DNA of 64,000 nucleotides from positions 66,774,001 through 66,838,000 of the forward strand of contig OZ024743.1 of NCBI GenBank assembly GCA_964016885.1, given 5' to 3'. Of this stretch, positions 11,094 through 25,584 are shown one piece after another. A model generated the notes under the pieces. The model was not told the origin of the DNA and did no database searches. It saw only the letters and a list, made by a program, of their open reading frames with translations. Position 1 is the stretch's first letter, and the number at the start of each line of letters is the position of its first letter. The position numbers were made by a program, and so were the translations under genes. This DNA is from Eledone cirrhosa (taxonomy: Eukaryota).

Positions 11094-14000
11094 AGTAGTA
11101 CAAAATATAGTAGTTACAACATAGTAGTTACAGTATAGAAGTTACAGTATAGTAGTTATAATATAGTAGTTACAATGTAGTAGTTACAGTATAGTAGTTA
11201 CAATATAGTTCTTACAATATAGTAGTTACAGTATAGTAGGTACAGTATAGTAGTTACAATATTCTAGTAACAATATAGTAGTTACAATGTAGTAGTTACA
11301 ATATTCTAGTTACAGTATAGTAGTTACAATATAGTAGTTAGAATATAGTAGTTAAGATATAGTAGTTACAACATAGTAATTACGATATACTAGTTACAAT
11401 ATAGTAGTTACAATATAGTAGATACAGTATAGTAGTTACAATATTAGTAGTTAAAATATACTAGTTAAAATATAGTAATTACACTATACTAGTTACAATA
11501 TAGTAGTTACAATATATTAATTACAATATAGTAGTTTCAATATTCGTAGTTACAATATAGTAGTTACAATATTGTAATTACAATATATTAGGTACAATAT
11601 AGTAGTTACAATATAGTAGTTACAATATCGTAGTTTCAATATAGTAGTTACAATATAGTAATTACAATATAGTAGTTACAATATAGTAGTTACAATATAG
11701 TAGTTACAATATAGTAATTACAATATAGTAGTTACAATATAGTAGTTACAATATAGTAGTTTCAATATAGTTTATACAATATAGTAACTACAATATAGTA
11801 GTTACAATATAGTAGTTACAATATAGTAGTTACAGTATCGTAGTTACAACATAGTAGTTACAGTATAATAATTACAATAAAGTAGTTACAATATAGTAGT
11901 TACAGTATAGTAGTTACAATATAGTAGTTACAATATAGTAGTTACAAATATAGTAGTTACAATATAGTAGTTACAGTATAGTAATTACAATATAGTAAAT
12001 ACAATATAGTAGTTACAATATAGTAGTTACTATATAGTAGTTACAACATAGTAATTGCAATATACTAGTTACAACATGATAATTTCAATATAGTAGTTAC
12101 AGTATAGTAGTTACAATATAGTAATTACAATATAGTAGTTACAAATATAGTAGTTACAATATAGTAGTTACAGAATAGTAATTACAATATAGTAAATACA
12201 ATATAGTAGTTACAATGTAGTAGTTACAATGTAGTAATTAGTATATAGTAGTTACAATATAGTAGGTACAATATATTAGTTACTATTTAATAGTTACAGT
12301 ATAGTAGTTACAATATAGTAATTACAATGTAATAGTTACAGTATAGTAGTTACAATATAGTAGTTACGGTATAGTAATTACAATATAGGAGTTAAAGTAT
12401 AGTAGTTACAGTATAGTAGCTACAATATAGTAGTTACAGTATAATAGTTACAGTATAGTAGATACAGTATAGTAGTTACAGTATAGTAGTTACAACATAA
12501 TAATTACAGTATAGTAGTTACAGTATAGTAGTTACAATATAGTAGTTACAGTATAGTAGTTACAGTATAGTAGTTACAATATAGTAGGTACCATATAGTA
12601 GTTACAATATAGTAGTTACAATATAGTAGTTACAATATAGTAGTTACAATATAGTAGTTAGAATATAGTAGTTAAAATATAGAAGTTACAATATAGTAGT
12701 TTTAAATATAGTAGTTCGAGTATAGTAGTTACAATATAGTGGTTACAATATAGTAATTACAATATAGTAGTTACAATATAGTAGTTACATTATAGTAATT
12801 ACCATATAGTAGTTACAGTATAGTAGTTACAGTGTAGTAGTTACACAATAGTAGTTACAATATAGTAGTTACAATATAGTAATTACAATATAGTAGTTAC
12901 AATATAGTAGTTACAATATAGTAGTTACTAATATAGTAGTTACAAATATAGTAGTTATAATATAGTAATTACAATATAGTAGTTGCAATATAGTAATAAC
13001 AATGTAGTAGTTACAGTATAGTAGTTACAGTATAGTAGTTACAGTATAGTAGTAACAATATAGTAGTTACAATATAGTAGTTACAATATAGAAGTTACAA
13101 TATAGTCGTTACAATATAGTAGTTACAATATAGTCGTTACAATATAGTAGTTACAATATAGTAGTTACAGTATAGTAGTTACAGTATAGTAGGTACAATA
13201 TAGTAGTTAAAATACAGTAGTTACAATATAGTAGTTACAATATATTAGTTACAATATATTAGTTACAATAGTGTAGTTACAATATAGTAGTTACAATATA
13301 CTAGTTACAGTATAGTAGTTACAATATAGTAGGTACAATATAGTAGTTACAAATATAATAGTTACAATGTAGTAGTAAACAATATAGTATTTTCAAAATA
13401 GTAGGGACAGTATGGTAGTTACAATATAGTAGTTACAATATAGTAGTTACAATATAACAGTTACAATATAGTAGTTACAATATAGTAGTTATAATAGAGT
13501 AGTTACAGTATAGTAGTTACAGGATAATAGTTATAGTATAGTAATTACAATATAGTTTTTACAATATAGTAATTACGATATACTAGTTACAATATAGTAG
13601 TTACAATATAGTAGTTACAATATAGTAGTTACAATATAGTAGTTACAATGTAATAGTTATAATATAGTAGTTACAATATAGTAGTTACAATTTATGTAGT
13701 TACAATATAGTAGTTACAGTCTAGTAGTTACAATACAGTAGTTACAATGTAGTAGTTACAATATAGTAGTTACAGTATAGTAGTTACAATATAGTAGTTA
13801 CTATATAGTAGATACAACATAGTAATTGCAGTATACTAGTTACAATATAGTAATTTGCATATAGTAGTTACAGTATAGTAGTTACAATATAGTAGTTGCA
13901 ATATAGTAGTTACAACATAGTAATTTCAATATACTAGCTACAATATAGTAGGTACAATATAGTAGATACAATATAGTAGTTTCAATACAGTAGTTATATC

Positions 14001-17000
14001 ATAGTAGTTACAATATAATAGTTACAAGATAGTAGTTATAGTATAGTAGTTACAATATAGTAGTTACAGTATAATAATTACAATATAGTAGTTACAATAT
14101 AGTAGTTACACTATAGTAGTTACAATATAGTAGTTAGAGTATAATAATTACAATATAATAGTTACAATATAGTAGTTACAATATAGTAGTTACTATATAG
14201 TAGTTACAACATAGTAATTATAATATACTAGTTACAATATAGAAATTACAATATAGTAGTTACGATATAGTAGTTTCAATACAGTAGTTATATCATAGTA
14301 GTTACAATATATTGATTACTATATAGTAGTTACAATATTAGTAGTTACAATATAGTAGTTAAAATATGTAGTTACAATATAGTATTTAGAATATAGTAGT
14401 TACAATATAGTAGTTACAGTATAGTAGTTAAAATATAGTAATTAGAGTATAGTAGTTATAATATATTAGATACAATATAGTAGTTAAAATATGGTAGGTA
14501 CAATAGAGTAGTTACAATATTGTAGTTAAAATATACTAGTTACAATATAGTAGTTACAATATAGTAATTACCATATATTAGGTACAATATAGTAGTTACA
14601 GTATAGTAGTTACAATATAGTAGTTACATTATAGTAGTTACAATATAGTAGTTACAATATAGTAGTTACAATATAGTAGTTGTAGTATAGTAATTACAAT
14701 ATAGTATTTACAATATAGTAGTTACAATATAGTAGTTACAATATAGTAGTTACAATATAGTAGGTACAATATAGTAGTTACAATATAGTAGTTACAATAG
14801 AGTAGTTACAGTATAGTAGTTACAAGATAGTAGTTATAGTATAGTAATTACAATATAGTTTTTACAATATAGTAATTACAATATACTAGTTAAAATATAG
14901 TAGTTACAATAGAGTAGTTACAATGTAATAGTTATAATATAGTAGTTACAATATAGTAGTTACATGATAGTAGTTAGAATATGGTAATTACAAAATAGTA
15001 GTTACAATATAGTAATTACAATATAGTTCTTACAATATAGTAGTTAGAATATAGTAGTTACAATATAGTAGTTACATTATAGTAGTTACAGTATAGTAGT
15101 TACAATATAGTAGTTACAATATAGTAGTTACAACATAGTAATTACAATATACTAGCTACAATATAGTAGTTACAATATAGTAGATACAATATAGTAGTTT
15201 CAATACAGTAGTTATATCATAGTAGTTACAATATAGTAGTTACACTATAGTAGTTATAGTATAGTAATTACAATATACTAGTTACAATATAGTAGTTACA
15301 ATATAGTAATTACAGTATAGTAGTTACAATATAGTAATTACAGTATAGTAGTTACAGTATAGTAGTTACAGTATAATAATTACAATATAATAGTTACAAT
15401 ATAGTAGTTACAATATAGTAGTTACAATAGAGAAGTTACAGTATACTAGATACAATATAGTAGTTACAATATAGTAGTTACAATATAGTAGGTACAGTAT
15501 AGTAGTTACAATATAGTAGTTATAATATAGTAGTTACAATATAGTAGTTACTAAATAGTAGTTACAACATAGTAATTACAATATACTAGTTACAATATAG
15601 TAATTACAATATAGTAGTTACAATATAGTAGTTACAATACAGTAGTTACAATATAATAGTTACAATAGTGTAGTTACAGTTTAGTAATTACAAGATAGTA
15701 GTTATAATATAGTAATTACAATATAGTAGTTACAATATAGTAGTTACCATATAGTAGTTACAATATAATAGTTACAATATAGTAATTTCAATATAGTAGT
15801 TACAGTATAGTACTTACAATATAGTAATAACAATATAGTAGTTACAATATAGTGGTTACAAATATAGTAGTTACAATATAGTAATTACAATATAGTAAAT
15901 ACAATATATTAGTTACAATGTAGTAGTTACAATATAGTAGTTACAATGTAGTAGTTACAATAGAGTGGTTACAATATAGTAGTTACAATATAGTAGTTAC
16001 AATATAGTAGTTACGATATAGTAGTTACAATATAGTAGTTACAATATAGAAGTTACAGTATACTAGCTACAATAGAGTAGTTACAATATAGTAGATACAA
16101 TATAGTAGTTTCAATACAGTAGTTATATCATAGTAGTTACAATATAATAGTTACAATATAGTAGTTATAGTATAGTAGTTACAATTTAGTAATTACAGTA
16201 TAATAATTACAATATAGTAGTTACAATATAGTAGTTACAGTACAGTAGTTACAATATAGTAGTTAGAGTATAATAATTACAATATAATAGTTACAATATA
16301 GTAGTTATAATATAGAAGTTACTATATAGTAGTTACAACATAGTAATTACAATATAGTAGTTACAATATAGTAGTTTCAATACAGTAGTTATATCATAGT
16401 ACTTAGAATATCTTAATTACTATATAGTAGTTACAATATTAGTAGTTACAATATAGTAGTTAAAATATGAAGTTACAATATAGTATTTAGAATATAGTAG
16501 TTACAATATAGTAGTTACAGTATAGTAGTTAAAATATAGTAATTAGACTCTAGTAGCTATAATATAGTAGTTACAATATAGTAGTTACAATAGAGTAGTT
16601 ACAGTTTAGTAATTACAATATAGTAGTTACAATATAGTAATTTCAATATAGTAGTTAAAATATAGAACATACAATATACTAGTTACAATATAGTAGTTAC
16701 AATATAGTAGTTACCACATAGTAATTACAATATACTAGTTACAATATAGTAGTTACAAATAGTAGATACAGTATAGTAGTTACAATATAGTAGGTACAAT
16801 ATAGTATTTACATTATAAGTAGTTACAAGATACTAGTTACAATATAGTAGTTACAATATAGTAATTACAATATAGTATATACAATATAGTAGTTACAGTG
16901 AAGTAGTTACAATATAGTAGTTACAATATTGTATTAACAATATAGGAGTTACAGTGTAGTAGTTACAATATAGTAGTTACAGTTTAGTAGTTACAACATA

Positions 17001-19524
17001 GAAGTTACAATATAGTAGTTACAATATAGTAGTTACAACATAGTAATTACAATATACTAGTTACAACATAGTAGTTACAATATAATAGTTACATTATAGT
17101 AGTTACAACATAGTAGTTACAATAGAGTAGTTAAGGTATAGTAGTTACAATATAGTAGTTACAGTATAATAATTACAATATAGTAGTTACAATATAGTAG
17201 TTACAATATAGTAATTACAATATAGTAGTTACAATATAGTAATTACAGTATAGTAGTTAAAATATAGTAGTTAGAGTATAATAATTACAATATAATAGTT
17301 ACAATATAGTAGTTACAATATAGTAGTTACTATATAGTAGTTACAACATAGTAATTACAATATCCTAGTTACAATATAGTAGTTACAATAGCGTAGTTAC
17401 AATATAGTAGTTACAATATACTAGTTACACTATAGTAGTTACAATATAGTAGTTACAATATAGTAGTTACAGTATAGTAGTTACAATATAGTAGTTACAA
17501 TGTATTAGTTACAATATAGTAGTTACTAAATCGTAGTTACAACATAGTAATTACAATATACTAGTTACAATATAGCAATTACAATATAGTTGTTATAATA
17601 CAGTAGTTATATCATAGTAGTTACAGTATAGTAGTTAGAATATAGTAGTTAGAATATAGTAGTTACAATATAGTAGTTACAATACAGTACTTACAATATA
17701 GTAGTTACAAATATAGTAGTTACAATATAGTAATTACAATATAGTAAATACAATATAGTAGTTACAATATAGTAATTACAATATAGTAAATACAATATAG
17801 TAGTTACAATATAGTAATTACAATATAGTAAATACAATATAGAAGTTACAATTTAGTAGTTACAATATAGTAGTTACAACATAGTAATTACAATATACTA
17901 GTTACAATATAGTAGTTACAATATGGTAGATACAATATAGTAGTTACAATATAGTAGTTACAATATAGTAGTTACAATATAGTAGTTACAGTATAGTAGT
18001 TACAATATAGTAGTTACAATATAGTAGTTACAATATAGTAGTTACAGTATAGTAGTTAGAGTATAATAATTACAGTTTAATAGTTACAATATAGTAGTTA
18101 CAATATAGTCGTTACAATATAGTAGTTACCATATAGTAGTTACAATATAGTAGTTACAGTACAGTATGTACAGTATAGAAATTACTATATAGTAGGTACA
18201 ATATAGTAGTTACAATATAGTAGTTACAGTATAGTAGTTAGAATATAGAAGTTACTATATAGTAGTTACAATATAGTAATTACTAAATAGTAGTTACAAC
18301 ATAGTAATTACAATATACTAGTTACAATATAGTAATTACAATATAGTAGTTACAATATAGTAGTTACAATACAGTAGTTATATCATAGTAGTTACAATAT
18401 AGTAGTTACAATAGAGTCGTTACAATATAGTAGTTACAATATACTAGTTACAATATAGTAATTACAATATAGTAAATACAATATGGTAGTTACAATGTAG
18501 TAGTTACAATATAGTAGTTACAATATAGTAGTTACAGTATAGTAGTTACAATATAGTAGTTAGAATATAGTAGTTAGAAAATAGTAGTTACAATATAGTA
18601 GTTAGAATATAGTATTTAGAATATAGTAGTTACAATATAGTAGTTACAATATAGTAGTTACAATGAAGTAGTTACAATATAGTAGTTACAATATAGTAGT
18701 TACAATATAGTAGTTACCATATTAGTAATTTCAATATAGTAGTTACCGTATAACAGTTACAGTATAGTAGTTACAATATAGCAGTTATAATATAGTATTT
18801 ACAATATAGTAGTTACAATATAGGAGTTACAGTATAGTAGTTACAATATAGTAGTTACATTATAGTAGTTACAGTATAGTTGTTACAGTATAGTAGTTAC
18901 AATATAGTTGTTACAATACAGTTCTTACATTATAGTATTTACAGTATAGTTATTACAATATAGTAGTTACAATATAAAAGTTACAATATAGTAGTTACAA
19001 TATAGTAGTTACAACATAGTAATTACAATATACTAGTTACAATATAGTAGTTACAATATAGTAGTTACAGTATAGTAGTTACAATATAGTAGGTACAAGA
19101 TAGTAGTTACAATATAAGTAGTTACAATATACTAGTTACAATATAGTAATTACACTATACTAGTTACAATATAGTATTTACAATATATTAATTACAATAT
19201 AGTAGTTAGAATATTGTAGTTACAATATAGTAATTACAATATAGTAGTTACAGTATTGTAGTTACAGTATAGTAATTACAGTATTGTAGTTACAGTATAG
19301 TTGTTACAGTGTAGTAGTTACAATATAGTAGTTACAATATAGTAGTTACCATATTAGTAATTTCAATATAGTAGTTACCGTATAGTAGTTATAGTGTAGT
19401 AGTTATAATATAGTAGTTACAATATTGTTCTTACAATATAGTAGTTTCAATATACTAGGTACAGCATAGTAGTTACAATATACCAGTTACAGTATAGTAG
19501 TTACAATATAGTAGTTACAATATT

Positions 19525-19778
19525 ACCTTGATCACCTTGATCGACCAGTCTGTCCGGCGCCAACCGGCGCGCTTGTCACAGCACGTCCTGCTGCTTTAGC
19601 CATAAGATAACGCCATCCCACTGACTGGGTGGGCAGGCCGGTACTCAATTCTACAGCTGAGTAAACTGGAGCAACGTGAAATAAATTGTCTTGCTCAAGG
19701 AAACAACACATCACCCGGTCCGAGAATTGAACTCACAACATTTCGATTGCAAGCCCCATGCTCTAACCACTAAGCCAC
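19525..19778 (-). mobile_element. SINE family B variant, near full length, inside satellite
   Basis: Minus-strand head GTGGCTTAGTGGTTAGAGC..GAGTTCAATTCTC; tail (GATCAAGGT)2. Confidence 0.85.
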
Positions 19779-20261
19779 AATATATTAGTTACAATATAGT
19801 AGTTACAATATAGTAGTTACCATACTAGTAATTACAACATAGTAGTTACAATATTAACGAAATAGGGCACAACTGAAAATAGGAGAAGAAAAAACACGTA
19901 AGTACCTGAAATTAAAGAGCACGTGAAACTAGATCTGAGCTAAGCAGGAAAGAAATTGTCGGTTTGAAAAACGACAATGATACTTTGAACTAAATAATTT
20001 TACACCAACGCAAAAAGTTGTTTTTAAAAAAGTGTAAAAGTAATTGAGAACTCCCTAATTGTAGATTATGAGTAGGGATCCTAAAATGATCACAATGTCA
20101 ATAATGAGAAAAACACTTAGCAAGGTTAATGAATACCAATTAATAGAAGAAATATGTTTATGGGTACAAGAAGTTATAAACTCCCAAATGTCTGATTTAA
20201 AAATTTAGCAGCGAAATGTATTGTGCTGCATAAGAATTAATGGTCTAATAAAAATACTCAG

Positions 20262-21320
20262 TTGTATGTATATATGTATTGATGTATATTTATCTCGTTC
20301 TCTTAATTTCGAGTATATTTTTTTGACCAGCCACCTTCCTAGTGGCAAGGTTGTAAAAGAAAAGAAATTGTCATCCCTTGAATCGCAAGAATGTTTTGCA
20401 AATTTTGAAGGTGCCAGCTATCGCAGCCATTTGTAGACTATGAATTAGGGACCTGCGCTCTTTGTCCGAAAATCCAAGTTCAGTCACACTTTGGTCCAAG
20501 TGGGTTGGTATATAACCCGTTGCTCCAATAATGATGGGTATGAAGCTAAAGGTGTATCTTGGATACTGGATTTCTAAACTCCTCATCAATGGTCCGTAGA
20601 TGTCCTCCTTCTCCTGTATTTTTCTGACAACGTTTACATCAAGTGGGCAGCTGATCTCCACAACAGAACACGTTTTCAATGTGTGGTCCCAAACAACAAT
20701 ATCAGGCCGGTTGTGCTTTAATTTGGTGGCAGTTTTTATTTTCAGGTTCCACCAGTATTCCTTAGTGCCATCTGTCTCAATATATTCTTCCTCGTTTGTT
20801 ATCAATTTTGTTTTCCGAAGTGTGTTCCAGATGGTTCTAGCTATCCCATCGTGTCTCATGGGGAGGTAGTAGCGAGATGACATTCTTTCGCAGCTGGCAA
20901 CAATGTGGCTTACATCCTCGATCTTTGTTTTACATAGCCTACATTTATTGTCAGCTGATGGCCCTCCCCTTTTGTGCAGCAGATATTTGGTAGGGAGTTC
21001 TTATTCCTGTATTGGATAGAGATATCCCTCAAGGTGTGATGTCATAAACTTGCCGGAACTCCATGCCAGGCTTTTTGAGTGGTTTATCCCCTCTATGGTC
21101 TGTGTTTTACGTCTCAAGTATCCATGCACAACTTTTGCTGTAAATTGGTCAATTTTTTCATCTTGTTTGAACATTAAATAGGATCTCTCCTCCAGATCAG
21201 TGGCTATTTTAATGATATTTTTTTTTCATGCGCATAAACCTGGGCAAGATGGTTGCCAACCTTTTTCGTTTGTTGAAGATGTTACTTCAGTGTTACTATC
21301 CGGGTCTCATATGATGTTAT
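20262..21320 (-). mobile_element. R4/Dong-like non-LTR retrotransposon 3' fragment (CCHC + RLE endonuclease)
   Basis: KCRLCKTKIEDVSHIVASC..RHD..WWNLKIKT..HNRPDIVVWD..VVEISCP..EKEDIY..IPIIIGATG; stop at 20371; ends in TACA-like repeats. Confidence 0.85.
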
Positions 21321-21424
21321 GTATGTATATATATGTATATATGTATGTATGTATATATGTATATATGTATGTATGTATACATGCATGTATGTATTTATGT
21401 ATGTATATATATATATGTATATTG

Positions 21425-22032
21425 TGTCAGGTCACCAGTTGGTGCTACTGGTAACATGTATTCCAGTACAACCTGTCCCATGGTCGGGTCGTTGGCGACT
21501 AAACGGGCAACCCCACCAAGGTTTCTTGGTGAGGAGGGTGACTTTGGACATCCTGCAGGACTAAAAACAAAACCTGTCAAAGGGCAAAGGAACTCTTAAG
21601 AGTCAATGGCCATCCAAAATCACCGGGAGAGATGACCCCTTAGCCTTTGTCAAGGCAGAATTCTAGGAGAAGGAAAACTCTGATATAACACCTGCAACTC
21701 TGATGGTATCCAATGATGTTGAGTTGTTCTTCTTTTTGGTAAATATCATCTTGGTCAAGAGAGTGGGACTGGCTTTGTGCACTGCCTTTTCTCACTATAA
21801 AAGCTTCACGGCACAGGCATTGCTTTATATCTGGAGATCTCTCTGTACTTTTCGTCACATGGTACCATGGGCCCAGCACTATGTGTCAATAATTGTAACA
21901 AGTGTAGTGTTTGTACCAGAGTTTTCAAGTCGCTGGCTGGACTAAAAAGTCACACTTGTTCAGCGCATCGGTAGGGTTCTCCTACATGGATATAAAGTAG
22001 TGGCCGTACTCGAAAATGAGTTGGCAGCCACC
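21425..22032 (+). mobile_element. Non-autonomous RTE-derived element (5'UTR-like part fused to 3' tail)
   Basis: Contains the RTE-5'UTR-like motif CTAGGAGAAGGAAAACTCTGA and the zinc-finger remnant CSVCTRVFKSLAGLKSH; flanked by (TATG)n; related copies at 7606, 24956, 25585. Confidence 0.75.
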
Positions 22033-22129
22033 ATATATGTATATGTGTATGTATTTATGTATGTATGCATGTGTATGTATGTATGTATATATATATGTAT
22101 GCATGTGTGTATGTATTTATGCATGTATA

Positions 22130-24735
22130 TTCTTCTGGTTTTATAATTTCACAAATGTTTTCCCAATAGAGAGAGAGAATCGGTTTCTAACATAGACACA
22201 ATACTCTCTCATTGGAATTTACACAACATCAACTAGGTAGATTATGTTGCATGCCTGCATGCATGGGTAGATATGGATGTTATTGTATGTGTGGATGTGT
22301 ATGTTTTGAGTTGTATGTGTGCATGTGTATATGCTTTGTATCTGTACATGTGTACATGCTTTGTATCTGTACATGTGTATATGCAGTTATTAGATGCAAA
22401 ATGTTTGGAATGTTTTACATATTTCTACTGTTCCATTAATGGATTGTACTTGTAATTTCCTAACTAGTTGTGTTCTTTCTGTTCCTGTGACGCCTAGCTT
22501 GTCAAGATTTGTATTGAGGCAGTTACTAACATATCCCAGTGCCCCAATAATCACAGGCTCAAATCTGAAGGAGTAATCAGGGTGGAGTATCTGCAGATTT
22601 CTCATCAGTTCTGCATAAATATTCTCCTTTTCGCTAATCTTTGATATTATATTGGCATCTGCTGGGCAGCTAATTTCCACTACTGGGCATGCTTTCTTCT
22701 CCCTGTTCCATATCATAATATCTGGTCTGTTATACCTGCATTTTATTGGGGTTTTTACTGGAACATTCCACCTGTACTCTTTCATATTATGTACATGGAT
22801 GTCTTCCACATTGCAGGAGCTTTTAATGTGTTTATTATCGGGACTATATTTTTTACGAACTGCATTGTACAGTGTTTTGGCCACTACATAGGTAGATAGT
22901 ACCGCGATAATATCTTTGGACAGCTGCTGATGACATGGGTGAAATCCTCGATGTTAGTTTTGCAGAGTCTGCACTTGTTATCACATCTAGGTGTTTTGCC
23001 TGCATCCCTATCTCTTTTGTGAATCAGGTATTTCGTGTTAATCTCCTGTTGTTGGATTGCAAAAGCGTATCCTTCAAAGTGGGAGCCAATATAGCGGTTG
23101 TTGGTCCCAGATAGACTACTTTCCTTATCTACACTACTCTGACTCTGGAGCTTCCTGGCAACATATCCATGCATGATTTTTTGCTGATAAGCATGCAATT
23201 TTTTATCCATGGATTCACTGCGATACTGCTGAGCAACTTACCTGGGTGTGAGTTTTTGATTATCGCACAGGGAATATCTCTCGAGGAGTTACTTCCCAAC
23301 TCTCATGATCTTATCTGTTTCATGCAGATAGACTTTCTGGAGGGACGGGCTCCTACGCTTCGAGGTTCGTAGATGTTGTCGGAGAGATATGATGCGACAT
23401 TCGAATGTTCTCTGGACTGATGTTAGGCCTCTGCCTCCCTGCTTACGTTTCAAGTAAAGGCCGTCTATGTCACTGTTGATGTGGAAGTTTCCGGTGTTGT
23501 TTAGTATTTTTCGAGTTCCAACATCAACTGCTCGGATTTCGTCTATCGTCCAATTGAGTATTCCAAATGTTGGTGTTAGGACAGACACAGCAAGCACTTT
23601 TCTCTCATCTACCTTCTTCAGGTATCGACGTTTTTCACTAACATTCTTGTTTGAGTGTGATCAACTTATATTGAAGAGTTCTGGTTCTACTGTTACCAAA
23701 CATCGTCTCTATTTTATTTTTCACTCTTTGTTGGTGAGGAGTGAGGTTTTTTTGTGTTTGTTTGCATGTAAGGAGCATTGTCACATATCCTATGGTTTTT
23801 CGTAGGTCAGCAATCTTTGTTTCTATTTTAGTTATATATGATGGTATTTTTGGTTAATTTGGTTAATTAATTTCTCTCTGGAAGATTTCGTTGAGGGAAA
23901 TTTTCAATTGTTTATACTTTTGATTATTTTCATTATCGATAGTATTTTCCACAACAGTCGAGGTAGACTCAGATGGTACACGTGGTGTCAAATTTCTTCG
24001 ATAATTATTATTATTTCTTCGATTATTATTATTATCGATAGTGTTTTCCCCAGCATTCGAGGTAGACTTAGATGGTACAGGTGGTGTCAAGTTTCTTACA
24101 GGCATAGTTGTTTCAAGGCGCTGTTCGACCTGGCTGCTAGGAAGTCTAGTAGCATGGCGACCTGTAGCACGTGTTGTTGATAACATGTTTGTTGTGGGGG
24201 ACTTACAATTAATAATATATATCTTATTTTTACGTTCAACAAACGTCGCTTGTTGGCATAATTATTTCGCTGTGAAATAATTTAACTCTTGGTGTATTTC
24301 GTCCCAGTGTAGCTTCATTCTGTTCATATAGCCAATGGAGGGATTGTTTTTTGTCATTTTATAACAATTAAATAAATCATTATTAAGTTCGCAACTCCAA
24401 GAGAAATGCTATTTATAATTTCGGTTTCTTCTGTAGCTACAACTGAATAAAGTTTGTTTACCTTTCTTGTTGTTTGTCTTCGATACTTCCTTAATTTTGT
24501 TGTTGATGTTGTGTTCAGCCATGCTGTTTGTAGCAAACCCTTGTAAAATGAATTATGTATTTAGTCGGATATCTCTACGAATTCGAATAAAAGGTGTCTT
24601 CAGAAGATATAGTTAAAAAAATAACCAGTTATTCAACATAATTGTAGTTGTGGCATTACTGTCGGAGATAGTATTCATCTTAAATTTAATAAATAGTCTC
24701 CCACGCCAAAATATGCGACTAATCGCGTTGACTGT
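22130..24735 (-). mobile_element. R4/Dong-like element, internally deleted (RT core missing)
   Basis: ORF pieces: FHINSDIDGLYLKRKQGGRGL (thumb), FAIQQQEINTK..CRLCKTNIEDFTHVISSC (CCHC), RPDIMIWN..VEISCP..EKENIY (RLE); upstream low-complexity N-terminal piece 23863-24186; both ends in (TACA)n. Confidence 0.8.
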
Positions 24736-24955
24736 ATATGTATGTATGTATGTTGACTGTATATGTATGTATATGTATGTATGTATATATGTATGTATAT
24801 ATGCATGTATGTATTTATGTATGTATATATGCATGCATGTCTACATGTATGTATGTATTTATGTTTGTATATCAGTATGTATATATGTATATGTGTATGT
24901 ATATATGTATGTATGTATGCATATGTGTATGTATGTATGTATGTATGCATATGTG

Positions 24956-25441
24956 TGTTATATCAGAGTTTTCCTTCTCCTAGAATTCTGCCTTGACAAA
25001 GGCTAAGGGGTCATCTCTCCCGGTGATTTTGGATGGCCATTGACTCTTAAGAGCTCCTTTGCCCTTTGACAGGTTTTGTTTTTAGTCCTGCAGGATGTCC
25101 AAAGCCACCCTGATGGTATCCAATGATGTTGACTTGTTCTTCTTTTTGGTAAATATCATCTTGGTTAAGAGAGTGGGACTGGCTTTGTGCAGTGCCTTTG
25201 CTCACTATAAAAGCTTCACAGCACAGGCATTGCTTTATATCTGGAGATCTTTCTGCACTTATCGTCACATGGTACCATGGGCCCAGCACTATGTGTCAAT
25301 AATTGTCACAAGTGTAGTGTTTGTACCAGAGTTTTCAAGTCGCTGGCTGGACTAAAAAGTCACTCGTTCAGCGCATCGGTAGGGGTTCTCCTACATGGAT
25401 ATAAAGTAGTGGCCGTACTCGAAAACGAGTTGGCAGCCACC
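24956..25441 (+). mobile_element. Non-autonomous RTE-derived element with 5' inversion
   Basis: 24956-25110 is the reverse complement of 21536-21691; 25110-25441 is colinear with 21700-22032. Confidence 0.85.
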
Positions 25442-25584
25442 ATGCATATGTGTATGTATGTATATATGTATGTATGTATGTACATATGTATGTATTTATG
25501 TATGCGTATATGTATTTATGTATATATGTGTATGTATGTATGTGTATGTATGTATTATGTATGTATGTATTATGTATGTATTTA

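Larger units (their letters stand above)
10640..19855. repeat. Tandem satellite, 14-bp unit ATATAGTAGTTACA, roughly 600 copies
   Basis: Continuous array of ~9.2 kb with point variants; interrupted only by two SINEs. Confidence 0.97.

Noticed and set aside
10640-19855. CRISPR-like or telomeric array
   Set aside because: Contiguous 14-bp units with no unique spacers, no cas genes and no TTAGGG motif
23925-24100. ~60-bp direct repeat as a regulatory element
   Set aside because: Internal duplication within the N-terminal coding region of the R4-like element
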